The notes: a model not told the origin generated them from the sequence alone. Shown: positions 20,305 through 29,747, numbered from the stretch's first letter. The stretch: 64,000 nucleotides of DNA from Terriglobia bacterium (GCA_965198225.1 CBDAOY010000007.1:704001-768000); one strand, 5' to 3'. Made by a program: numbers and translations.

Positions 20305-21633
20305 TCATGCTTCGACGCAGCGAAACGTCGAGTAGATGTGGGGGTAGTGCGGCTGGAACCAGTTTCTGAAAGACCGACGCAGCATGCATGCGGCCGTCCT
20401 GGGTGATCCCCCTTTCATCACGAAATGCTTCCCGTCGAAGAAATCGGCGGAGTATCCGGGATAGAAAGGGAACCGCTCGAAGCCCTCGAAAGGTTCGAAC
20501 ACCGTCGATGTCCATTCCCAGCCGTTGCCCACCAGATCGGCCACCCCGAATGCGCTGTCACCGGCCGGATACGCGCCGACCGGCGTCGGGTTCCACCTGC
20601 AGAAATCGAAGTTTCCGTGTTTCTGCTCTGGCGGGGCCTCCCCCCAGGGGAATGCTCGCTCCTTCCCGTCCGGAGTTCCGTAGGCGGCGCGGTGGAGCTG
20701 GGCTTCGGTGGGCAGGGTCCGTCCGACCCAGCGGGAGTAGGCCGACGCCTCGGCGTGACTCACGTACACCGGCCACGAGGAGGGAAGGGGGCGTTCATCG
20801 AACATGTTGCACTGCTGCCACCCGTTTCCGTTCTGGCGCCAGAAACGGGGGTGCTGGATGTCCTCCCGCGTGACCCATTCCCATTCCGTATCGTCCCACA
20901 GCGATCGATCCTCATACCCACCCGCCTGTACGAATTCCATGAACTGACCGTTCGTGATGTTGTGGACGTCGACCGTGAAGCCCGGGACCTCCGTGAGTGT
21001 GAGGTCGAACTCGTTGTCCCATCCGAACGCCTTCTCGGGCTTCATTCCCAGGGTTGCCGTGCCGACTGGAATTTCGACCTGACGTGGCTCGACCTGCGGA
21101 TCGCTGCGCACGTTGCCGCGCTCCGGCTGTGGTCGTTTGCGATCAAGCGGAAGCTGGTGATACATGTATGCGAGAGTCTCGGCGTGCATGAGCCTGTGCT
21201 CGATCGCCACGTGAAAGATCAAGCCGTCCGAGAGGCCCTCGCCTGCGTCGTCGTCGAACCCTGTCGTGTCCAGGAGGCCGTCCACGGCTTCACGGACTCG
21301 GCGATTGTAAGAAGCGATCTGGGAAGGAAGCGGCCAATCCGACGGTGTGTCAGAGGGCAGGTCTCCGTCGACCGGATCGATTCCGAAGGCGAACACGTTG
21401 TCGAAGTACTCGTCGAACGGGTCCAGGCCGAAGGTTCTTCGCCCGATCAGGTTCCAATCGAAGGCCTCCAGATGTCCTAGGTAGAAGATGATCCGGTGCC
21501 GTTCCCGGATCGGGCGATCGTGTATAGCTGCGGGCGCCAGGAGATGGAACAGATGGTCGGTTTGAACGCGGGATTCCCGCAGCCGGTGAATCAGCGAGGC
21601 TCGGAGTCGGTCGTCCGTCCCGTTTGAGAGCAT
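20305..21633 (-). CDS. egtB: Non-heme iron sulfoxide synthase (EgtB/OvoA-like; DinB + FGE-sulfatase fold)
   Basis: FYLGH, EHRLMHAET iron motif, FGWDNE, LPTEA, GNGWEWT, KGGS, SFRNWF; directly upstream of egtD. Confidence 0.82.
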   Translation of the reverse strand: MLSNGTDDRLRASLIHRLRESRVQTDHLFHLLAPAAIHDRPIRERHRIIFYLGHLEAFDWNLIGRRTFGLDPFDEYFDNVFAFGIDPVDGDLPSDTPSDWPLPSQIASYNRRVREAVDGLLDTTGFDDDAGEGLSDGLIFHVAIEHRLMHAETLAYMYHQLPLDRKRPQPERGNVRSDPQVEPRQVEIPVGTATLGMKPEKAFGWDNEFDLTLTEVPGFTVDVHNITNGQFMEFVQAGGYEDRSLWDDTEWEWVTREDIQHPRFWRQNGNGWQQCNMFDERPLPSSWPVYVSHAEASAYSRWVGRTLPTEAQLHRAAYGTPDGKERAFPWGEAPPEQKHGNFDFCRWNPTPVGAYPAGDSAFGVADLVGNGWEWTSTVFEPFEGFERFPFYPGYSADFFDGKHFVMKGGSPRTAACMLRRSFRNWFQPHYPHIYSTFRCVEA

Positions 21634-21851
21634 CGATTCGTTGGTACTGCGGTTAATGCGTTCACTTCATGCTGCGACGATCCGCGTCCAGAGACGCTCG
21701 AACTGCGCTTTTGGATGCGGATATTCGGTCTCCGTCCCCGGACCCACCATCGTCAGGGTGGTCCTGTTTAACAGGTGGAAATGTTAAAGTCAACCGTCGA
21801 CCGGTCGGATCCCTCGCGCCGGTGGGTTCTAACTGCATGCGAGACAGTCAG

Positions 21852-22346
21852 ATGAGCTTGGCCATAGAAAAGATGCAACCGGAGGATTGGTCTCGGGTTC
21901 GAGAGATTTACACGGAGGGCATCGAAAGTGGAGATGCAACTTTCGAGACCGAAGCGCCGCACTGGGACGCCTGGGACACTGCGCACCGAGAAGATTGCCG
22001 CTTCGTGGCGCGATCTGGGGGCCGCGTCATGGGCTGGGCGGCCCTCAGCCCTGTATCGGATCGATGTGTGTACGGCGGAGTGGCCGAAGTCAGCGTCTAC
22101 GCAGCCCGACTTGGGGCGGGCCGTGGTGTTGGCACGGCATTGCTGGAGGCGTTGATTCGGGAATCGGAGCAACTGGGTCTGTGGACACTCCAGGCAGGCA
22201 TTTTCCCCGAGAACGAAGCCAGCCTGCGACTACACGAGAAACTGGGTTTCCGTCGAATCGGTCATCGTGAGCGCCTCGGCCAGATGAAAGGTGTCTGGCG
22301 CGACGTAGTCCTGATGGAGCGGCGCAGCAAGGCCGTCGGGGTTTGA
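21852..22346 (+). CDS. GNAT N-acetyltransferase (phosphinothricin/ArsN1-like)
   Basis: ATFET, VSDRCVYGGVAEVSVY, GRGVG, WTLQAGIFPEN, WRDVVLMERRS; start set at ATG 21852. Confidence 0.88.
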   Translation: MSLAIEKMQPEDWSRVREIYTEGIESGDATFETEAPHWDAWDTAHREDCRFVARSGGRVMGWAALSPVSDRCVYGGVAEVSVYAARLGAGRGVGTALLEALIRESEQLGLWTLQAGIFPENEASLRLHEKLGFRRIGHRERLGQMKGVWRDVVLMERRSKAVGV

Positions 22347-22646
22347 TCTTTCTTGTCCAAAACAGCTTTGGGAGGGCCGGCGTTTTTTGGAGACCCGTGT
22401 CCCAATGGAGATGTAGGTGCGGTCTATGAGTCTGTGACCGCACCCTCTTCGAACCAATGAGAAATGCAGCAATTTCCAATCTCCAACTTCCAGTGCGGAT
22501 TTGTGCATTAACAAATCTGCGATTAGACGGAACTCTCTTCTGTGCGATCGCAAATTGCGATATTTGAAAGAATCCACATTGCAGGTTGCTCATTGCAAAT
22601 TTGAGGTTTGAAATCCGTCGCGGTTTGGTCCCCTTCCCTCACGACA

Positions 22647-22715
22647 GTGTAGGTGCGGTCTATCACCCGCACAGTCTTCGAGCCGAAACGATGTGCGCTC
22701 ATAGAGCGCACCTAC
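22647..22715. repeat. GTAG-type REP doublet (REPIN); single copy at 22412-22443
   Basis: gtgtaggtgcggtctatcacccgcac ... gtgcgctcatagagcgcacctac, an inverted pair of palindromes with GTAG/CTAC ends. Confidence 0.8.
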
Positions 22716-22734
22716 GCCCCTCGTCTGATCGGTC

Positions 22735-23376
22735 CTAACACTCCTCGTGGCACTGTTCGCCCCGAATACCCTCCAGGCCTTCCCGGATGAGCCAGGGGAC
22801 CATGATGAGAGCGGCCGCGGGGTCCGCCCACCACCAGCCCGCGAGGGAGTTGGCAGCGAGCCCGGTCAAGAGCGCCAGCGAGAGGTAGGAGCACGCGAGC
22901 GTTTCCTTCGCTTCGGCCGACAGAGCAGCGCTTCCGATTGCGCGTGCGGCCCGGATCTTTCCCCAGGCGATCAGGGGCATGATCATCAGGGAAAAGGCCG
23001 CCAGAATGATTCCGACGGTGCTTTCCTCGGGAGGGCGGCGTGAGAGCAGAATCCAGAAGGCCTGGAGAGTCACGTAGGCGGCCAACAGGACGAACGTGAT
23101 GCCCACGAAGCGGTGCACCGAGCGCTCGGTTTGTTCGATCACCTCCGGCTCGGCTCCTCGGGCTTCCACCCTCAATCGCCACAGCAGCAATGAGGCCGCC
23201 GCGCATTCGATCACACTGTCCAGCCCGAACCCCATCAGCGCTATGCTTCCGGCAACGTAGCCCGACCAGAGCGCCACGGCGGCCTCGATCAGGTTGTAGC
23301 CGATCGTCGCCACAACCAGGCGAGTCGCGAGCTTGGTCCAATCAGTCCGTGAGGGGCCGACGTCGACGTTCATCAC
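22735..23376 (-). CDS. Cation efflux (CDF-like) transmembrane protein
   Basis: YNLIEA, SIALMGFGLDSVIE, GWWWADP; about 6 TM helices; C-terminal CHEEC. Confidence 0.85.
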   Translation of the reverse strand: MMNVDVGPSRTDWTKLATRLVVATIGYNLIEAAVALWSGYVAGSIALMGFGLDSVIECAAASLLLWRLRVEARGAEPEVIEQTERSVHRFVGITFVLLAAYVTLQAFWILLSRRPPEESTVGIILAAFSLMIMPLIAWGKIRAARAIGSAALSAEAKETLACSYLSLALLTGLAANSLAGWWWADPAAALIMVPWLIREGLEGIRGEQCHEEC

Positions 23377-23407
23377 GTTTTCAGCAGTGCGGTACGGGGT
23401 ATCCGAG

Positions 23408-23556
23408 CCACGGATTGCGCGGACAAATCAAGCCACGGATTGCACGGATTCAACGGATTAAGAGTGGTCTTTCGGACAGCAGTCCACCGGTTTTTCCTAT
23501 CCGTGTAATCTGTGTAATCCGTGGCGTATCTCCGTCGAATCTGTGTAATCCGTGGC
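23408..23556. repeat. Nonamer array (CCACGGATT / AATCCGTGG) in inverted arrangement
   Basis: ccacggattgcacggattcaacggatt ... atccgtgtaatctgtgtaatccgtgg. Confidence 0.7.
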
Positions 23557-23572
23557 TCTCACCGGAAGGTCA

Positions 23573-26008
23573 TCAGTTCCGCCGGTCTCCCGCCGGCTGT
23601 GCGTCCTTTACGAACCGCTCGAACCACGACATCATTTCATAGAGCGTGTGTTCGACCGACTCCTTCGCTGCGTAACCGTGGGATTCGTTCGGCAGTGTGA
23701 CGAGTCGAGCCGTTGCGCCGTGTCCCGTCAGGGCGTGATACATCCGGTCCGACTGGACGGGGAAGGTGCCGGAGTTGTTGTCCGCCTCTCCGTGCGTCAG
23801 CAGGATCGGCTCGTTGACCTTGTCGGAGTGCATGAAGGGTGAGACCTTGAAGTACAGCTCCGGAGCTTCCCAGAACGTCCGCTGTTCGCTCTGGAACCCG
23901 AAAGGAGTCAGCGTGCGGTTGTAGGCTCCGCTGCGAGCGATGCCGGCCCGAAACAGGTCGGAGTGCGCGAGCAGGTTCGCCGTCATGAAAGCTCCGTACG
24001 AGTGTCCGCCCACCCCGACGCGATTGCCGTCGGTGACTCCCAGCTCCACGGCCTTGTCGATCGCCGCCCTCGCGCTCATCACGATCTGATCGACCATCGT
24101 GTCGTTGACGGTCATGGGGTCGCCGATCACGGGCATGGTCGCGCCGTCCAGGAGCGCGTAGCCGTTGAGGACGAAAAAGAGCTGCGACGCTCCACGGATC
24201 GTCGTGAAGCGCTCGGTCGATCCAGAAACCTGGCCTGCTGTGGACGGATCGTTGTACTCCCGCGGATACGCCCAGACCACGGTCGGCAGACGGGTACCCT
24301 CTTCGTAGTCTGCGGGCAGATAGAGGGTAAAAGAGAGATCCACGCCGTCTTCGCGCTCGTACTTGATGAGTCGTTTCGAGATCCCACGGAGCTGCGGCGT
24401 GGGATCGGCGAAGGCGGTCAACCCGGCGATGCTGCCCCCTCCGGACAAATCCCGGATGCGGTAGTTCGGGGGCTCCGTCTTGGTCTCACGTCGCGTGACC
24501 CATCGGTCGCCGGAATCGCCGAGCGGGCTCACAATGGCTTCGTAGGTCCCGGTCTCGGCCCTGAAGAGGCGCTCCGAGGCGAGTGTCGCAAGGTTCAGGC
24601 GATCCAGGAATGGGTAGTCGCCGTTGGGTGAGGAGCCGTTGCCGGCGAGATAGATCCAGTCGCCGTTCTGCATCACGGCACGGTGGCCGTTGGGCAGGGT
24701 CGCGGAAACAGGCCGCCCCGGATCGTTGTAGCGGTCCTGCGCGCTCATGTCCCAGATGAGCTTTGGGTCGGCATCCGAAGCGACCAGGAACGTTCGGTTC
24801 CACCGCCGGATGCGATCGAACTCGGTAATCAACGCCCGTCCGTCGGCGAGCCATTGCAGTCCGCGGTTCCGTTCTTCGGTCCGGAAGATCTCCCGCGGCG
24901 CCTGATCGAACGGCGCGGCGAGCGCCATCAGCTTGTCGCGGTGTTCGACTTCGGCGGCGGGGTCTCCACCGTCCAGAGCTTCCGCCCAAGTCAGCGTTGC
25001 TGGTTCGGTCGGGATCCAGCCATAGCTTCGGGGATCGGTCGGTACGCCCCCGATCGGCACGTTCTCCTGCAGCGAGATCCTCGCGACAGTGTGCTCGACG
25101 ACGGCCGAACGATCCCAGATCTCAACCATTCGTGGGAACGAACTGTGCCTGAACAGGTAGGAGTAGGGCTTCTGCAGGCGGACGACGAGGAGGTGGTTGC
25201 CGTCAGGGGAGATCGACAGCGACTGGAAGAGTCCGGGCTCGCCGAAGTTCGTCACCCGGTCGTTTGCAGTGTCCACCAACGCGAGTTGAGCCGTGGCGTG
25301 GTAGTCGAACAGGGCGATATCGTGCGGCGTTTCCAGCAGATCCTGGTATGTCCGAACCGGTCCGGACCGTCCGGAGGTTTCCTGGACATTTGGTCCGACA
25401 GGTACGGTGGGTGCCTGGGGCGGTTCACCCCGGCCCGCCGGAAGTCGCTGGATCAGAAGCGTTCGGCTGTCGGGCATCCATCGGATCGCGGTGCCGTACG
25501 CCGCGTTGAGTACGACGCCGTCGATCCTGTGTGCGCTGCCGCCCACGCCGCCGACCCACAGATCGATACCTGAGTCCCGGGTGTTCGTGAACGCGAACCT
25601 TTGGCCGTCGGGACTCCACTGGGGAGAACCCAGCTGTGCCTCGAGCGGCAGGTCGATCTGCATCTCGTTCCCGTCCGGCATCGCCTTCAACGCGTATCCG
25701 ATCGAGTAGCGGGGTCGGCTGGGTCCGTTGGTCAGCGGGTCGATACGCAGCCCGGCGATCCGTAGCATCGGTTGGGAGAAATCCTCGATCGACGGGTATC
25801 CCGGCGGCTGGGAGAGAATCATGTGGCTTCCGCCCGGATTGATACTCACCTGGGGCGTCGGCAGGGCGTCCAGGACGTCCTGGATTGCCTGTGGCGGTTT
25901 CCTGTAAGGCTCCTGGCCGGCCCCTGCAGTGGCCGACGCCAGCAGCAGGGCCGTCACTACGGCGGCCGTCGGGAGCCCCCGAGGGAAGTCGAAAGATCGT
26001 GTTTTCAT
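23573..26008 (-). CDS. Secreted S9-family (prolyl oligopeptidase-like) peptidase
   Basis: Signal peptide, beta-propeller, GGHSYGAFM nucleophile, SGAYNRTLTPFGFQ, HGEADNN, ESHGY; GAGGAG RBS before ATG 26008. Confidence 0.92.
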   Translation of the reverse strand: MKTRSFDFPRGLPTAAVVTALLLASATAGAGQEPYRKPPQAIQDVLDALPTPQVSINPGGSHMILSQPPGYPSIEDFSQPMLRIAGLRIDPLTNGPSRPRYSIGYALKAMPDGNEMQIDLPLEAQLGSPQWSPDGQRFAFTNTRDSGIDLWVGGVGGSAHRIDGVVLNAAYGTAIRWMPDSRTLLIQRLPAGRGEPPQAPTVPVGPNVQETSGRSGPVRTYQDLLETPHDIALFDYHATAQLALVDTANDRVTNFGEPGLFQSLSISPDGNHLLVVRLQKPYSYLFRHSSFPRMVEIWDRSAVVEHTVARISLQENVPIGGVPTDPRSYGWIPTEPATLTWAEALDGGDPAAEVEHRDKLMALAAPFDQAPREIFRTEERNRGLQWLADGRALITEFDRIRRWNRTFLVASDADPKLIWDMSAQDRYNDPGRPVSATLPNGHRAVMQNGDWIYLAGNGSSPNGDYPFLDRLNLATLASERLFRAETGTYEAIVSPLGDSGDRWVTRRETKTEPPNYRIRDLSGGGSIAGLTAFADPTPQLRGISKRLIKYEREDGVDLSFTLYLPADYEEGTRLPTVVWAYPREYNDPSTAGQVSGSTERFTTIRGASQLFFVLNGYALLDGATMPVIGDPMTVNDTMVDQIVMSARAAIDKAVELGVTDGNRVGVGGHSYGAFMTANLLAHSDLFRAGIARSGAYNRTLTPFGFQSEQRTFWEAPELYFKVSPFMHSDKVNEPILLTHGEADNNSGTFPVQSDRMYHALTGHGATARLVTLPNESHGYAAKESVEHTLYEMMSWFERFVKDAQPAGDRRN

Positions 26009-26094
26009 GACCGTGGTCTCCTCTTCGCCGAAAGTTGGATCAGGCTTCTGTCGGGATCTGGCGATTTTAGTACCCGAGTGCGCCATTTCGAAAG

Positions 26095-26553
26095 CTATTC
26101 CTCACTGATGTCGGCGGAGTACTCCAACTCGATTCCGCGTTTGACGCTGAGAGCTGCGGGACAGGCACTTTCGACGATGTCGATCAATTTCCGGGCATCT
26201 TCCTCTCGTCCCCGGGGCACTTTGATGTTGTAATTGACCCGGATTCGCGTGACGACCATCCTGCCGTCAACTTCTTCGATGTCTCCTTCGACGTCGGAGT
26301 GCAGTTTCTCGGGGTATGATGGGATTCCTCGTGCTTCCAGGGCGCCGCCCAGGGTGCCGGTCAGTCAACCGGCGACGGCGGCCACGAGGTAATCGAGAGT
26401 TGCGGGGATGTCTTCGTCGGGTTCCAGCTTGTAGAAGTGCTTGATGCCTCCGTGGACGCCGAAACGCACGGGTTCGGGGAAGTCTTCGATGTATGCGAGC
26501 CGCAGCGGCCGCTTATCCTGGTAGATCTTAACCTTCGAGGTGTGCACTAACAT
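26095..26553 (-). CDS. OsmC-family (seleno)protein, 152 aa, with in-frame UGA at codon 63
   Basis: Track ORF stops at ...LDYLVAAVAG*, but the same frame continues LTGTLGGALEARGI...VEGDIEEVDGRMVVTRIRVNY...ESACPAALSVKRGIELEYSADISEE to TAG at 26095. GGAGAGGA RBS upstream. Confidence 0.85.
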
Positions 26554-26677
26554 GGTTCCTCCTCCAGAGAAGGGTTAACGTAAAACTATCCTATAATTTA
26601 GATCGGTTGTTTCTACACAAGATAATCCGTTGTTCCGATCCCATGACGGGGGACGCTGCCACAGGAGGTGTTGCTGC

Positions 26678-29017
26678 GTGACGAGCACACCTGAGAACGA
26701 GCTGGAGAGGGCCCGTCAGGTGTGCCGCACCGAGGATCAGCCGGCCGACCGCTACCTGGAAGCCGTCGACAGGATCGTTGCCATCTGCCTCCAATCTCCC
26801 GAGCTGGTCGGAGAGGAGACATTGTCTTCGCTGGGCGGCCTTCTCCGCCGCGAAGAACTGCCCAAGTCCGTCATCGACCACACCCTGATTGCGATAGCCG
26901 TCGTTGCCTATAGCGTTCCGGCCCTGCTTTCGGGTGCGCTCGAGTTTGTTCGGGACTTTTTGAAAGACCCTCCCGCTGAAGTCGCGAGCGACCATCTTGC
27001 ATCCTCTCTGTTCCTCTGCCTGGTCAAGATAGATCGCACTTCGTCGATGGGCGCTGTGTTGGATGTCCTGCAGGCTCCCTCCTTGTCCGGACCTGTGCGC
27101 GGTTCACTGCTGGCGGCGCTACCGCAGGTTGCGGAATGGAATGACACAGATTCGGCAGGAGAGCAGCTCCTCCAGCTTCTGGACACCCCGGGGCTCTCCG
27201 TGCAGAGGCGAACCGTCGGCCCGATCCTGGAGCGGCTCTGCTTGAGACACCCTGAGGAGGTGACGCCGCAACTGCTGGAGCTTCTGGCGTCATCCAAGCT
27301 CGTTCGCGATTTCCACTACCTCCGGTCCTGGCTGGTGGGGAGAAAGTCTCTGTCTGAAGAGACCCGCGGGAAGCTCGGAAGTGGCGCCGCAGTTTCTGCG
27401 GAAATTCGGTCGGCGGTCCGCAGGCGCCTCGGGGACGGGGCGTGTCGAGTTTTGATCGTCCACAACATCAACGACTCCCGGTCGAGCGAAATCGTCCGCG
27501 TCACCCCACTCGCCGACGCGCTGCTGGCGCTCAATCCCCGGTTGGAAATCACGCTGGTGACCCGGCGTCGGTATCTCTATGACCATCCACGAGTGAAGGT
27601 CATTTCAGTGGAAAATGCCGGCGCCGTCTACGAGTGCCTGGAGTCGCGGTTGCAGGCCGTGATCGATTTCTACGAAGCGGGTAACAAGCGTCAGAACTAC
27701 CGCCCGGAGCTGGAGCTGGCCGTTCAGGAGCACGTTTCGAAGGAGCGTCCGTTATTCATATCCGCGGGCAAGGGCACGGACCAGTTCACGTTCAGCCGCC
27801 TGATGTTGGGCCGGATGGACTATGCGGGTGATCTCGATCTGGACGTTCAGCGGGTTCCGAACGTATACGATCCGAGCTACCGCCTTGCGGCGGTGCTCGG
27901 AATACCGTTGAGGATGGGAGAAGAACAGCCCGATGACGGATCTATCCTGGTGGCCTCGCCCTCGGATGAAGCCCGGGCAGAGTGGACACGCCTCACCGAG
28001 CGTTGCGGCGCAGGGGGGGACCGGCCGATCGCCCTGGTGAATCCTTTCGGCGAGTCCGACCTGTTGAGGGGTTTCACCCCCGAAACGGCGCCTTCCCTCG
28101 CGGCTGAACTCGAAGTTCTCGTGGGCGAAGGGTATTCCGTCGTTATTCTGCCGAACGGCTTGAGCTGGGGTACCGGGGCGGAAGCCGTCAACGCGGTTCG
28201 ATCCGAGTTCCAGCCGTTCATCACGACAGCCCCGGATCTGGTCCTGAGCGGTGCGGATTCAGATGCTTCGAAGAAACTCCCGTTGGATCGTGCCGATCAG
28301 ATTTTGCGCTGGTTCAAGTATTTTTCGAGCTATGCGGATCTGGTCGTAACAGTCGAGGGCTGGCTCATGCACCTGGCATACCAGATGGGGAGGCCCTACA
28401 GCCTGTGGATGATGCCATACTCGGGACAGCTCGAATGGCACCCTTTCGGCGCGAGCGCCAGACAGCACATCGTTGCAGGAATGAGCTCGCACACTTCCCC
28501 GGACACCGGGTCGGAGCTTCTTGGTGAATCCGACGAGCCGCCCCAGCCGCGCTATCCCCGGAAGGAATTGTTGCTGTACCTGCTCGAGGGCCTCGGGAAG
28601 ATGGAGGGATCGTTTGCCGCCGGTCCTCTCCTGCTTGCCGCTCGCAGCGTGGATCGACATGTTCGCGCCGCCGCGATCGCAGCTCTCGCTCGTTTTGAGA
28701 GCGAGGAAACCAGAAAGGTGGCTCTGGGCGCTCTGCGGGACCCCTCCTGGGAGGTGCGGGCCGCAGCCGCCGAAGCCCTGCTTTACTCTCGCCGTGATCT
28801 GCGGTGGGAGTTGGACGAAGGCTATGAACGCGTCCTGCGATGCCACTCGTTGATCGGTAAGGGGCGGTGGGCTGACGTACTCGCGATCGGCAAGGCGGCG
28901 ATGGCTCCACTGATGCTGGCGATGAAGGATGAGGATCCAGCGATGCGTCGAGAGGCCAAAGACTGGTTTACCAGACTGACCAGTGTGAAAAAGGAAAAGG
29001 AAAGTCCCTGGCAGTGA
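26678..29017 (+). CDS. Large protein: helical N-terminus + GT9 (heptosyltransferase)-like core + C-terminal HEAT repeats
   Basis: EIVRVTPLADALLALNPRLEITLVT and ADLVVTVEGWLMHLAYQMGRP resemble GT9 motifs; VRAAAIAALA and DPSWEVRAAAAEAL are HEAT-like; AGGAGG RBS before GTG 26678. Confidence 0.65.
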   Translation: MTSTPENELERARQVCRTEDQPADRYLEAVDRIVAICLQSPELVGEETLSSLGGLLRREELPKSVIDHTLIAIAVVAYSVPALLSGALEFVRDFLKDPPAEVASDHLASSLFLCLVKIDRTSSMGAVLDVLQAPSLSGPVRGSLLAALPQVAEWNDTDSAGEQLLQLLDTPGLSVQRRTVGPILERLCLRHPEEVTPQLLELLASSKLVRDFHYLRSWLVGRKSLSEETRGKLGSGAAVSAEIRSAVRRRLGDGACRVLIVHNINDSRSSEIVRVTPLADALLALNPRLEITLVTRRRYLYDHPRVKVISVENAGAVYECLESRLQAVIDFYEAGNKRQNYRPELELAVQEHVSKERPLFISAGKGTDQFTFSRLMLGRMDYAGDLDLDVQRVPNVYDPSYRLAAVLGIPLRMGEEQPDDGSILVASPSDEARAEWTRLTERCGAGGDRPIALVNPFGESDLLRGFTPETAPSLAAELEVLVGEGYSVVILPNGLSWGTGAEAVNAVRSEFQPFITTAPDLVLSGADSDASKKLPLDRADQILRWFKYFSSYADLVVTVEGWLMHLAYQMGRPYSLWMMPYSGQLEWHPFGASARQHIVAGMSSHTSPDTGSELLGESDEPPQPRYPRKELLLYLLEGLGKMEGSFAAGPLLLAARSVDRHVRAAAIAALARFESEETRKVALGALRDPSWEVRAAAAEALLYSRRDLRWELDEGYERVLRCHSLIGKGRWADVLAIGKAAMAPLMLAMKDEDPAMRREAKDWFTRLTSVKKEKESPWQ

Positions 29018-29039
29018 CGAACCTTGCGGCTAGCGACAG

Positions 29040-29312
29040 CTATTCGGATTCTTCGTCCCTGTCAGTCCTTTCGACTCGCTCGACTTCGATACTGCATTCC
29101 GTCAGCAGGGCGACGAGCGCGCCGATCGCCGCAAGCACCGGCGCGAGTACGGCGCCGACGACCCCTACCGTCAGCGGGAACTCGGCAACTATGTCTCCCG
29201 ATTGTCTGATCCGGACACGGCGCACATTGCCTTCCTCGATGATCTTCTTGACCTGATCGAGCGCTGCGCTCCCTTCCGACTTTATGGTTTCCCACCACGT
29301 GCGTTCGGACAT
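29040..29312 (-). CDS. DUF4342-family small protein
   Basis: VKKIIEEGNVRRVRI...PLTVGVVG...AIGALVALLTECSIEV; GGGAGG RBS. Confidence 0.85.
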   Translation of the reverse strand: MSERTWWETIKSEGSAALDQVKKIIEEGNVRRVRIRQSGDIVAEFPLTVGVVGAVLAPVLAAIGALVALLTECSIEVERVERTDRDEESE

Positions 29313-29339
29313 GAGATCGACCTCCCTTGTGAATCAACC

Positions 29340-29615
29340 CTAGGGTCCTGAGTTAGAAATACGTTCACTATCTCCGATGGACGTTGCCACCCGCCGGGTG
29401 GACGTTGACCCGATCGACAACGGGGGTATGCACGCGGCCGGCTCGGCCTTCACAACCGGCAACTTCCATCGGCCCTGCGGGTTCGGGCGGAACGGCGCCG
29501 TCTTTGGAGTCGCTCCTCCTCGCAATGAATGAGCATTGGCTCGTCGTCGCTCCGCCAAATCCAGCGTCGTTGTGTTCCTAAATATAGCAAACGTACTTCG
29601 AACTCAGGACCCTAG
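29340..29615. mobile_element. MITE-like element, 276 bp, ~32-bp imperfect terminal inverted repeats beginning CTAG
   Basis: Left end ctagggtcctgagttagaaatacgttcactat vs reverse complement of right end ctagggtcctgagttcgaagtacgtttgctat; no convincing ORF. Confidence 0.75.
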
Positions 29616-29747
29616 CGATGGAGTGCAATTCCGTGAGCTGGAGAATCGGAAAGATCTCTCCCGTGGAATAGGGCCCACTGTGGCAGAGCTTACAACCATA
29701 GTACGTCCGGGAGCGTATGATTGTTCCTTGTGACCTGTAACAGGCCA

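Noticed and set aside
21852-23376. Arsenic or heavy-metal resistance operon
   Set aside because: Only an ArsN1-like GNAT and a convergent CDF-like gene; no arsR/arsC/acr3 and no regulator
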